Shown here one piece after another: positions 1-8,539 of a stretch of 64,000 nt of DNA. Position 1 is the stretch's first letter, and every line of letters begins with the position of its first letter. A program made the position numbers and the translations under genes. The notes under the pieces are model-generated. The model saw only the letters and a program-made list of their open reading frames with translations. It ran no database searches and was not told the origin of the DNA. The stretch lies in assembly GCA_046761065.1 (NCBI GenBank), contig JBHIFL010000004.1:15687-79686 (forward strand), given 5' to 3'. This stretch comes from Candidatus Heimdallarchaeota archaeon (GTDB lineage: Archaea; Asgardarchaeota; Wukongarchaeia; Wukongarchaeales; JBHIFL01).

Positions 1-19
1 ATGGTCATAGATATATAAG

Positions 20-238
20 AACAAAGGTCTATGAACCAAAAGACCGTTCAAATGCTCCTGCGGGACAGACTATAATGTTGACTTGAATGGTGTGCAACAT
101 CCTCCACAAGTCTCTTGGGTATATCTTACGAGATAGGATAGCCGTGAATCCGCCCCGCTCCACCACTGGGAACGTCGCACAGAAAGAAGTTTAGCAAGTG
201 ATGGGAGAAGCTCCGTCCCTAGTGACAGAGTAGTTTAT
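20..238 (+). pseudogene. tnpB: Decayed 3' fragment of IS200/IS605-family tnpB with the element right end
   Basis: From 20 it reads NKGL*TKRPFKCSCGTDYNVDLNG, then after a frameshift NILHKSLGYILRDRIAVNPP. This matches the TnpB C-terminal Zn-ribbon/NAD-NGA-NI region. It is followed by GAAGCTCCGTC-CCTAGT-GACAGAG-TAGTTTAT (207-238), typical of archaeal IS605-type right-end hairpins. Confidence 0.7.
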
Positions 239-333
239 ATTAGAAATCATCTTCGAAGTTTACAATGCAATACATTTTTGCATCATATTTATTTATACAC
301 TATTGTAAACTTTTGTACGTAAGATTTTTTACC

Positions 334-411
334 AATCCATTTGAATCGGAATATACAAGTGATGACGTGTATATGATTAGATACGTTTGACTCTCTTCAA
401 ATCCATTTGAA
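334..411. promoter_or_regulatory. Putative operator: 12-bp direct repeat plus palindrome upstream of the GTPase operon
   Basis: AATCCATTTGAA at 334-345 and 400-411. The second copy lies within the perfect inverted repeat TTCAAAT-CC-ATTTGAA (396-411). Confidence 0.3.
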
Positions 412-491
412 CTCTGCACAGCCAGCGTGTAATGGGCTGGGAAAAGAAGGTATTAAGTCAAAGATACCAAGAGACCGCTTAGGGGATTCTT

Positions 492-1064
492 GTGAAGGCT
501 TCTCGGAAGTATGTGTACAAAATAGTTTTATGCGGTGAACCAGGAGTCGGGAAATCAAGTTTGATCATTCGATACGTTCATAACCGATTCCAAAAGGATA
601 TGTCTGTCACATTGGGGATTAATGTTTACACAAAACAAATTCAATTTGGATCATCAGGCCAAGATCTGGTCACACTTTCTCTCTTTGATATTGGAGGCCA
701 AGATCGATTTCAAGACTTCCGTCATAACTTCTTCAAGGGGACCAGGGGAGCAGCACTCGTCTATGATGTAACTCGCCCTAAAACACTTGAGAAATTAAAT
801 GCGTGGTGGAACCAACTCCGAACTTCAGAACACAACAAACCGATAGTAACTGTACTAGTCGGTAATAAGACTGACTTAGTGGATTATGTCGCAATACCGG
901 AGAAGGAGGGGCGAGCATTTGGCAAATATATTGGATCGTTAAAACATTTTCGAACCTCCGCAAAGACCGCTCAGAATGTCAATGAGATGTTTAAACAGCT
1001 TGCAAAGGGCATTATGAGTCAGGAGAAACGAAAATGCAAGGAGGCAGCCCTTAGAAATGGATAA
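492..1064 (+). CDS. Rab-like small GTPase
   Basis: G1 GEPGVGKS, G2 T(LG), G3 DIGGQ(DRF), G4 NKTD, G5 TSAK. No C-terminal prenylation motif. Confidence 0.95.
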   Translation: MKASRKYVYKIVLCGEPGVGKSSLIIRYVHNRFQKDMSVTLGINVYTKQIQFGSSGQDLVTLSLFDIGGQDRFQDFRHNFFKGTRGAALVYDVTRPKTLEKLNAWWNQLRTSEHNKPIVTVLVGNKTDLVDYVAIPEKEGRAFGKYIGSLKHFRTSAKTAQNVNEMFKQLAKGIMSQEKRKCKEAALRNG

Positions 1065-1950
1065 AAATGGAGAATTATCAGCGCATTCAGAGGAAATATA
1101 CATCCAGCAACTTGTTCGTAACATTCCTGCACCAATTCTTGAGAGAGTCGTGAAGAAATGGAAAGGAAAGTCGATTAAGTTTACAGAGGATAACAAATGT
1201 AAAAAATTTAGTGAATTTTTTCAGGAATTGCCACGCTCTTGGAGAATTCAATTAAACAAACTAAGTCGCTTAACAGCAGTGGATAATATTATTTGGAGGC
1301 CTTATATTATAGAGAATAAACCGAAATTCAAATCTCAACAATATACAAAACCTATTAAATTTCCGACAAAAACTTTAATTAAGGCAGACGTGGACGTATC
1401 GGGTTTCCTCCATGTTTTCACCCTCTCAAAGAATATTTATTTGCTTGCAGTGGAATTTAGTTCGCGAAGTGACCGTTATAGAAATGTATTCCATTATTTA
1501 TTAATTCCCAACAAGAAACTCCTTTTTGTGGAACAAAAAAAGAATAGTTTACACTTTTTTGAAGAGGTTTGGAATAAAACTCTCACCCTTAAACTAAAAG
1601 AACAAAAGATAAGACCTGTTATTATCCGACGAGCCGTTGAAAAGGTAGGTAATACAAATAATGAGAGAATCAATTTACTAGGAATCACCCTCTCTCAAAC
1701 CATTTCTGGCTTCCGTGGGCTTACAGGGATTATTCTGGCGGGCGATGACGTTTTGGCTGGTCTCCAAGGTATGAAGGTTCGTCATGACCTCGACATTGAT
1801 TTTTCGGATCTGGGACCGTGGACTGAGGTTCAAATGAATACAATCCATCTTATCGCAGGAAAAGGGATCAAGGTAAAAGGAATTGATGGAATCACTCGAG
1901 CCATTGAGCTCTTTGTTTCTGCAAAAAAGCCCTTAAAGATATTATTATAA
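1057..1950 (+). CDS. Hypothetical protein, candidate CENP-N/Chl4-like
   Basis: 297-aa ORF overlapping the GTPase by 8 nt. N-terminal YIQQLVRNIPAPILERVVKKW and C-terminal GDDVLAGL...ID...W resemble the CENP-N/Chl4 termini (by eye). The ORF is solid; the family call is tentative. Confidence 0.6.
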   Translation: MDKNGELSAHSEEIYIQQLVRNIPAPILERVVKKWKGKSIKFTEDNKCKKFSEFFQELPRSWRIQLNKLSRLTAVDNIIWRPYIIENKPKFKSQQYTKPIKFPTKTLIKADVDVSGFLHVFTLSKNIYLLAVEFSSRSDRYRNVFHYLLIPNKKLLFVEQKKNSLHFFEEVWNKTLTLKLKEQKIRPVIIRRAVEKVGNTNNERINLLGITLSQTISGFRGLTGIILAGDDVLAGLQGMKVRHDLDIDFSDLGPWTEVQMNTIHLIAGKGIKVKGIDGITRAIELFVSAKKPLKILL

Positions 1951-2147
1951 TTTGATAAAAAAAACTTTTTTTAAAAAACGACTGTAACCTGACCTTTCAT
2001 AGTGTATATGATCCGTTTCATAGATTACCATGAGCTTCCTACGACTTAGGAGTATCTCATTTGCTTAAGGGTAATCTGGAGATCCCTCCAATGACAAAGA
2101 CCACAAGTTGCATAATCAAGGAATCGGGTGGGGTGCTGAAATGCGTA

Positions 2148-3191
2148 TCAAGTGTTATAAGTTGCAGGAAAGCAACTAATTGCGTTTGTTCCCTCATGTC
2201 CTATTTGAGCGTAAGAAGGCACAACTGTGTTAGGCAAGATTACTGAGTTAATGAGTTTCGCATTCTTTCCTACCATAACCCCAAAAAGGACAATTGTGTT
2301 CTTGACACACACCCCCGCTTTTAGTTTTACTCCGGCCTCTAAATAACCATACGGGCCCACTACACAACCAGGATCAATGAAACTGCCTTGGCAGACTAGG
2401 GAGGGAGGAATGATATGGGCATCCTTCGCAAGCTTTCCTCGAATAGAATGCCCAATTTTGTCTAGAAATATCCGATTTACTGCAAGATAATCGTTAATAT
2501 TATTTAAGGTTATGAAGGAGTTTATAAGGATTCCATAAACCCGTTTACCCCTTTCAATCGTTGCCTGAATTGCATCTTGTAGTTCATATTCCCCTCTGTT
2601 TGACCTTTTCACCTGTCCCACTTGATCTAATATCTCATTGTTAAATACATAAATTGGTCGGCAAGCAATATCACTTGGAGCTATCTTGACAAGTGGTTTT
2701 TCAATAATATAAGAGACCCGTCCATCACTTTCTAGACGAACAAGCGCCGTGTCTATCGGTTTGGTAAGCTTGATTTTCTGAAGACACAATGTAATAGACG
2801 CGTGACGCCTTTGATGTTCTCTTATGAGATGCTTGACCTGATTCGAAGAAAATAGCGAGTCTGCCGCGCACACTAAAAAATCGTGCTCCTTACCAAGGAG
2901 CTTTCTAGCCTCCTTCACGGCATGCGCCATACCTAATGGCTCGTTCTGTACCACATATTGAATTTTCATTCCTCTTAGGTTTTTTCCTTCGAAATACGAG
3001 AATATTTGGTCTCGCAAATACCCAACAACTATGATAACGTGGCGGATCCCAGCTCCGTGTAACATGGAAAAAATACGTTCTAGAAAAGGTATTCCAGCCA
3101 CCGGAAGCATTGGTTTGGGAATAACTTCAGTCAATGGGCTCATTCTTTTTCCATGACCTGCCGCAAGAACTAATGCGGTTTCAATTACCAC
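2148..3191 (-). CDS. Sugar-phosphate nucleotidyltransferase with C-terminal left-handed beta-helix
   Basis: LAAGHGKRMSPLT...PKPMLPV signature, EPLGMA, IIEKP, RGEYELQDA, and hexapeptide repeats at the C-terminus. Confidence 0.92.
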   Translation of the reverse strand: MVIETALVLAAGHGKRMSPLTEVIPKPMLPVAGIPFLERIFSMLHGAGIRHVIIVVGYLRDQIFSYFEGKNLRGMKIQYVVQNEPLGMAHAVKEARKLLGKEHDFLVCAADSLFSSNQVKHLIREHQRRHASITLCLQKIKLTKPIDTALVRLESDGRVSYIIEKPLVKIAPSDIACRPIYVFNNEILDQVGQVKRSNRGEYELQDAIQATIERGKRVYGILINSFITLNNINDYLAVNRIFLDKIGHSIRGKLAKDAHIIPPSLVCQGSFIDPGCVVGPYGYLEAGVKLKAGVCVKNTIVLFGVMVGKNAKLINSVILPNTVVPSYAQIGHEGTNAISCFPATYNT

Positions 3192-3505
3192 TACGATCCC
3201 TCGTAGCCTTCTTCACTATCAGAGGAGGGTTCTCATCTCTCTTCCGATTTTGCCCAATTAATAGCAATTGACCTCCTTTTAATTCTTCACTGCAGCTTAA
3301 ACATGAAATTTGCTAAATTATTCATGAATGAGAGTGTGATTTATCAAATTTGGATCGAGACTCCTCATCTTTGCGTGGAGTTCGAAGAGAATACGGTTCC
3401 CTCAAAATAATCCCAAACCCTCTTATAAGATTTGAAGTGAATATTGATCCTCTAAGACAGTTCGCAAGGCCCAGAAGGGATTTAGGGGCTATTACGGTAT
3501 TGTAT

Positions 3506-4393
3506 TCATCGAGGCACAAAAATAAGTTCACAATCTGCTTCTCTTAGCTGGCGAGTCTTGGCCTCCTTCACTTTGATATTCTTTCCTGTTGCCGCTAAAT
3601 AAAGCCCATCGATGATCCCTTCCACGAACTTACATTGAACCGTTTGACCAATCTCCGGACAAAACACACACCCCTTAATCGTGGTTAAAAACTCTTTTGG
3701 GGTGCGTGCCAACATTTGAACACTAGTGGTACCGTTCGTGGCAATATCTATGACAGCCGAGACGAAGTTAGTAAATTCGTCATGATCCAATGGGTATTTC
3801 GGATTAATTTCATCCTTAAGGAGGGATGCAATATCACGCGCAAATTCTGCCCCTGCCTCATAGATAATACGTCCGGCAACCTGCGGCATGAGCGTCTCAT
3901 GGACCTTCTGCGTAAATTTGTTGAGAAGAGCGCTAGGAATATATGTAAACCGCACCGCTGCGTGAACCAATTCCCTCCAACGAACTTCGTGGCCTTCAAG
4001 TATCCTACCTACCCGGTTCGCGAGTTCCTTGACGGCAGGAAGAATATAGTCGCGATTTGCCCCAGTTCGAAATATGGCTGTAAGCAATCCACGGTATCCC
4101 GCCTTTGCGACAATAAAAAACCCGGTTTGCGTTTCGACAAAAGCCGCATCGAGCTCTCCACGTTGTATTTCACTTCTTACCGATTTCCCGAGGGTATCGA
4201 CTCGTGATGAAACGACAGCAAGCTCTTCATTTTGAATTTGACGTCCACTTGGGCTGTACCCCAATATAGGGAACCCTTCGCGGCTTGTGATCGAGATCAC
4301 GTCAATATGGGAGACCCGGGAACTGAATTCCTTCAGAGCCTCCGTCAATCGCTCTGTAATCACAGGCGACGGTTTACTGCCAGATTGTTCCAT
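3506..4393 (-). CDS. Roadblock/LC7 domain fused to a V4R domain
   Basis: N-terminal ITSREGFPI...ELAVVS...GELD...ETQTGFFIV...GLLTAI roadblock pattern. C-terminal IIYEAG...CVFC...CKFVEGIIDG...VKE...C V4R pattern. Confidence 0.8.
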   Translation of the reverse strand: MEQSGSKPSPVITERLTEALKEFSSRVSHIDVISITSREGFPILGYSPSGRQIQNEELAVVSSRVDTLGKSVRSEIQRGELDAAFVETQTGFFIVAKAGYRGLLTAIFRTGANRDYILPAVKELANRVGRILEGHEVRWRELVHAAVRFTYIPSALLNKFTQKVHETLMPQVAGRIIYEAGAEFARDIASLLKDEINPKYPLDHDEFTNFVSAVIDIATNGTTSVQMLARTPKEFLTTIKGCVFCPEIGQTVQCKFVEGIIDGLYLAATGKNIKVKEAKTRQLREADCELIFVPR

Positions 4394-4753
4394 CGTATTT
4401 CTCTCGCTAAACCTCTCAATTTCATAAATCTTATAAAAACGTACGATTTAAATGTGTTTATTCTAAAGTCTAATGCCCCTTTTCGGGAATTGTCAGATTA
4501 AATCATATTCAACAATCCCTTAAACCGAATTATCGAGACAAATAAGTCGCTATGCAAATCTGATTCCGAAGAACTTTATCAGAATTCCGCAAAGACTCTT
4601 ATAAAAAAGTTATAGGGAATATAAAGTTGTAGACTTCCTCTTAAAGAAATTAAAACATCTAGAAAAGTCTTTACCATTCAAACTTGATGATTACACTGAA
4701 AAAAAGGGTGCTACTTGGTTGGTCGTTTTCAAAGCTTCAATAGGTGTATTGTG

Positions 4754-5191
4754 TCAAAACACAATTATCCTGTTCCCCCCCTGTTTTTTTGCTTTTCGAA
4801 GGGCTTTTTTAGCCGATTTAAATAGGGGAATTTGCGTCAAATCACTTGTTTCACTAATTCGCATGTGAAAAGACGGACCAAAAGCCACTCCAATACTAAT
4901 AGTGACAGGAAGACCAAGTTCCCCACCAAGTAAATATAATTTTTTCCGGAGAGTTTCTAAATCTTCCAAGAGTTTTTGGGGGTCAGGAGCTGAGAAAAAC
5001 AGGACTGCTTCCTCAGTTCCTCGCTGGTAATTTATGCCTCGCAAATGGGTTCCATGGTGTTTTGATAGGATCTTGGTCACTAACTCTGTTAATAAACCTG
5101 TCACGACGTTAGGTTTGTACTTAGGCCATCCAGCCTTTTTTGTTATTTCCCCAAAATGATCCAGGTCAAGTATTATCACTCCTTGTTGCAC
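4754..5191 (-). CDS. Standalone GGDEF/mCpol-like palm-domain nucleotide cyclase
   Basis: IILDLDHFG, RGTEEA in place of GGDEF, VTISIGVA, and AKKALRKAKKQGGNRI. The likely start is GTG 5191, with GGAGG just upstream; the ORF track starts it at 5260. Confidence 0.8.
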   Translation of the reverse strand: MQQGVIILDLDHFGEITKKAGWPKYKPNVVTGLLTELVTKILSKHHGTHLRGINYQRGTEEAVLFFSAPDPQKLLEDLETLRKKLYLLGGELGLPVTISIGVAFGPSFHMRISETSDLTQIPLFKSAKKALRKAKKQGGNRIIVF

Positions 5192-5199
5192 GAAAGCCC

Positions 5200-5345
5200 C
5201 TCCGTGAGGAGTTTGCATCCACACCGCTGAGTATGTATCATTTCGCAAGGGATTCACCACGAAACGAATGGGTCATTACTGCCCCAAGAATCTTCCATCT
5301 CGACTGGGCCAGGAATTGCACCTAGCTGTCCTGCGAGGGACGCCG
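5200..5345 (-). ncRNA. Candidate structured ncRNA between the RAMP-HD and GGDEF-like genes
   Basis: Five consecutive minus-strand hairpins: GTCC-ctcgca-GGAC (5341-5328), CTAGG-TGCAATT-CCTGG (5325-5309, T-loop-like), CCCAG...TTGGG (5308-5283), TCGTTTCGTGG-tgaatccc-TTGCGAAATGA (5267-5238), CTCC-tcac-GGAG (5211-5200). Confidence 0.4.
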
Positions 5346-6216
5346 AAGCAATAGATTGAGGAGATGTGTGGATCTGCGCCAAAAACAGGATCCAATTGGC
5401 GACGCCAATCAGGTGATTACGGAGGGTTTCAGTAGGGTGGGTTTTTGAAGCGAGAAAGTGGTGGAGTTCGTTGGAATGATAGGTGAAGGAATAGAGCTGG
5501 TAGACAGAACGGTGGGCGACCTGTTCGAGGTGATTTATAAGGTGATGAGTGTTGATGGGGGCCATCTTCCGCTGGGATGTTGGGAGGTGGAGAAGGCGAG
5601 CATAGCGAGAGGTTCGGGAGTCGGCCTTTTGGAGGAGCTGCAAGTCATGGTTCTGCGGATGAATGTTACACGCGTGATGGTTTTCACATAACCACTGGAT
5701 ATATGGCTCCGGAATCGTAAGTGGGTGACCCAATTTGGAGGGATGGAGATTGGTGTCCACGAGATTGTGGAGGAGGGCAGCCATGACGAGTTGACGTTCA
5801 TGTTGAAAGAGATGGGGAGGCAACCCCTTGAGAATACGAAATTGTGGTCCTAACAGAGGAGACGCCTTTGAGGAATAACAACTTTTTTGGAGGATCCAAC
5901 GCAGGGCACCGTAGCCCCATATCGTGAATTGTCCAACGTACTGCAGCTGCAGAAAGGTTTTGAGTTTGCGGCGCGCCTGTTTGGAGGTGTGGGCCTTGAA
6001 ATCGAGGTGAAGGTAGCCCAGATGGGCGCGTCGGTAGAGCGGGAATCCATGGACGCCTTGTTTCACCACCAGCGTTGTATGACATAAATTACGGGTAGGC
6101 GCCTCGAGATTGATGGAGGGGCGATTTGAGATAATTCCTTGGGCGCCGCATAGCCGTAGGAACCGAGATTTCGCAACAATGGTTGTTAGTGTTTCGGCAA
6201 TGATTCTCACAATCAT
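5254..6216 (-). CDS. Cas5-like RAMP fused to a circularly permuted HD domain (ARAMP-like); HD Asp changed to Asn
   Basis: RAMP glycine loop VGQFTIWGYGALRW, followed by AALLHN, NHH, LQKADSRTSR and a C-terminal TLRNHL helix. This is the permuted HD order seen in Cas10-type HD domains. Confidence 0.65.
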   Translation of the reverse strand: MIVRIIAETLTTIVAKSRFLRLCGAQGIISNRPSINLEAPTRNLCHTTLVVKQGVHGFPLYRRAHLGYLHLDFKAHTSKQARRKLKTFLQLQYVGQFTIWGYGALRWILQKSCYSSKASPLLGPQFRILKGLPPHLFQHERQLVMAALLHNLVDTNLHPSKLGHPLTIPEPYIQWLCENHHACNIHPQNHDLQLLQKADSRTSRYARLLHLPTSQRKMAPINTHHLINHLEQVAHRSVYQLYSFTYHSNELHHFLASKTHPTETLRNHLIGVANWILFLAQIHTSPQSIASASLAGQLGAIPGPVEMEDSWGSNDPFVSW

Positions 6217-6587
6217 GTGGCTACCTCTCCTTCTTCAGCGCCGCGTTGCGGCTCTTGAATCTGGGCCAGCCAATGCGTATAGGCCGCGAAAGCTTGGTCA
6301 AGTTCGGCTTTGAGGGGTGTCACCGTGGTTCTTGGGGTTAGTAGATAGGCTTCGCCGTTCCAAACTCGCTCATAGGTTTGTTCCACCTTTTCAAAGGTGT
6401 TTGCCTGAAGGAATTGTTTGTCCGCGCGCCACGCCTTGGCGGCGCCGACGTCATTACAGCGTTCAAGGCAATGGAGGAGGAAACCCAGCTCTATGGGGTC
6501 AAGAAGGCCGGCAGGAAATTGGAGGTGAGAAGAATTGAAACAGTTGAACCCGGTGAACACGGATAAAAAGGCTAGGCTCCATGGGAT
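6213..6587 (-). pseudogene. 5'-truncated Cas7-like RAMP fragment
   Basis: LDPIELGFLLHCLE...VGAAKAW resembles the Cas7 C-terminal helix plus glycine loop. ATGA overlap with the RAMP-HD gene. The frame closes upstream at TAA 6590-6588, too short for a full Cas7. Confidence 0.5.
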
Positions 6588-6965
6588 TTAAAAGGCTTAG
6601 AACTGGAGACATACATGCGTATCACAGGTATCAAGGATAGAATCCTCGCTAATAAATACCGAAAAACAGCTTGGTCGGCTGTGAAATATCTTCTAGATCA
6701 TTATAAGGACATCGTGTTTATAGGAGTTGGTATTCCATACAATAAGGAATTTATTGGCTTAGATGAAATCGCGCGGATTGGAGATCAATTAGCAAGTTGG
6801 GATTGGGAGCTCCAAGTGTACGTGCTTGACTATCGGCCCGAATTCCGTACGAAAAGGCTCACACACCCTTCTTTCAAGAAGATACAACACATAAAAACAT
6901 TACTAAACGGGACAGGGCTCACTACCGTCATTTGCCAAACGAACAGAGGTCTCATCGGTCCTTAA
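6585..6965 (+). pseudogene. 5'-truncated radical SAM (PFL-activase-like) C-terminal fragment
   Basis: In-frame DLKGLELETYMRITG...GVGIPYN...QVYVLDYRPEFR...VICQT..G.IGP. No CxxxCxxC motif; in-frame TAG at 6573-6575. Confidence 0.7.
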
Positions 6966-7039
6966 GTTAAGGTAGGAAGATTATGATCAATATCCTAGAC
7001 GATAGCATTTAATCGACTCGATCTTCATTTGTTGACAAC

Positions 7040-8194
7040 CTATTTCCCTTTGATATAATCTAGGAGCTCCAAAAGAATAGAGAGAGACATACGATACTTT
7101 GTAGGATCGATCATCCCGGTTATATTCCAGATAATGATGTGACGGAGGCCTACACGATAATATTCTTCTAAATGCTTTATGATATCATTTCTAGTTCCAT
7201 GAAGAAACACCGCTTCCATCACTTCAGGATTGATTAGGTCTAGCATCTTGAGAGCTGCATTACGATCATAGTTTGTCGGAATATAGTCTATAAGGGGGTT
7301 GATATTGGTTTTTCCGAGATACAATGCAAGGGGATGGTTCATGCCCGCTTGTTCAAATAAATAACTCGGGCTGATCAGAGCCCATGCCTTTGCCATCGGC
7401 GTGTTAAAGAGTTTGTGGCAAGCTTCATGCTCTTCAGCGAGAATTGTTAGCGCCCACATGGCTGGAATGAATTTTTGCGGATCACGCTCAGCTTTTCCCA
7501 TAACAGCATGAATCACCTTTAATTTCTCAGCATAATCTTTCACAGATAGCATTGTTGGAATCCAGCCGTCTGCAAGCTCCCCTGTGATCCGTAGCATACG
7601 TGGTCCATGTGCCCCTACTAAAATAGGAGGAGGATGATCCTTTTTATACGGCTCAAGAGCAAGAACCGCATTTTTCATTGTCCAATATTTTCCATCGAAC
7701 GAGAGTGCTTTCCCTGGATTCTCCCAAAACTTTCGGATTATCCTCAGACTTTCTTCTAACCGTCCCACTGGCTCCTTGAAGCTCATCCCATAAGGGATAA
7801 TGTTCTCTGCTTCACCAGCTCCCATGCCTAAAATAAACCGACCTTTTGTCAAATGGTCTAGAGTAAGTGCTGTCTGAGCTAAGATAACTGGATGTCGACG
7901 AATCGACTCAGTGACTGCTGTTCCTAATTTTATCCGTTGAGTTTGTGAGGCATGAGCGGCTATAAGGGAAAACGTGTCAAAGAAGATATGGGGGGATGGT
8001 TGGAACATCGCTACGGGGATTATATCGGGGGTCCAGATGGATTCTGGAATCCATCCCATGAGATGATCAGGATACCACATAGCATGGTATCCCATCTCGT
8101 CGATTCGCTTAGCCACTCGTAGCGAATTTTCTAATGGAGGTAAGATGGGTGGAGGCACTCCAATCTCCAAATTTGCTAGTTCCACGTTTATCAT
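7040..8194 (-). CDS. LLM-class (luciferase-like, probably F420-dependent) oxidoreductase
   Basis: WYPDHL, LGTAVT...RHP..LAQ..LTLDHL.KGRFILGMGAGE, GAHGPRML..TGELADGW. Confidence 0.93.
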   Translation of the reverse strand: MINVELANLEIGVPPPILPPLENSLRVAKRIDEMGYHAMWYPDHLMGWIPESIWTPDIIPVAMFQPSPHIFFDTFSLIAAHASQTQRIKLGTAVTESIRRHPVILAQTALTLDHLTKGRFILGMGAGEAENIIPYGMSFKEPVGRLEESLRIIRKFWENPGKALSFDGKYWTMKNAVLALEPYKKDHPPPILVGAHGPRMLRITGELADGWIPTMLSVKDYAEKLKVIHAVMGKAERDPQKFIPAMWALTILAEEHEACHKLFNTPMAKAWALISPSYLFEQAGMNHPLALYLGKTNINPLIDYIPTNYDRNAALKMLDLINPEVMEAVFLHGTRNDIIKHLEEYYRVGLRHIIIWNITGMIDPTKYRMSLSILLELLDYIKGK

Positions 8195-8539
8195 GTCTCC
8201 TTGGATTAAAAATACTATACCCAGAAAGGAAAGCCTGTATTTATTATTAGTAACATCAATTATGTTAAGGCTTTACCAAAGATTACCTTTCTTAGGTCAT
8301 TAGGTATTAGGTGTTAGTCTGACTCAATTCGATTCACTGCGGTTTGTTTGTATCGTTTAATAATTAGAAATTGATTAGAATATTGAATAATAAATAATAA
8401 GGTCACATGTAGAATGAATACTCTCGCTAAGTTGTATAAGTCAAATAGCAGAGTTTTTTCGTTATCATCTTAACTCAGTGAATTGAGACAATAGCATAGC
8501 CAATAACTTTAAGGAAGCAGATATTCTGCAGCAGAGGAG

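Noticed and set aside
5309-5325. tRNA suggested by the T-arm-like hairpin
   Set aside because: No acceptor stem, D-arm or anticodon arm at the proper spacing; kept only as part of the ncRNA candidate.
4394-7039. CRISPR array or cas1/cas2 near the RAMP module
   Set aside because: No regularly spaced 25-40 bp repeats or adaptation genes are visible here or elsewhere in the window.
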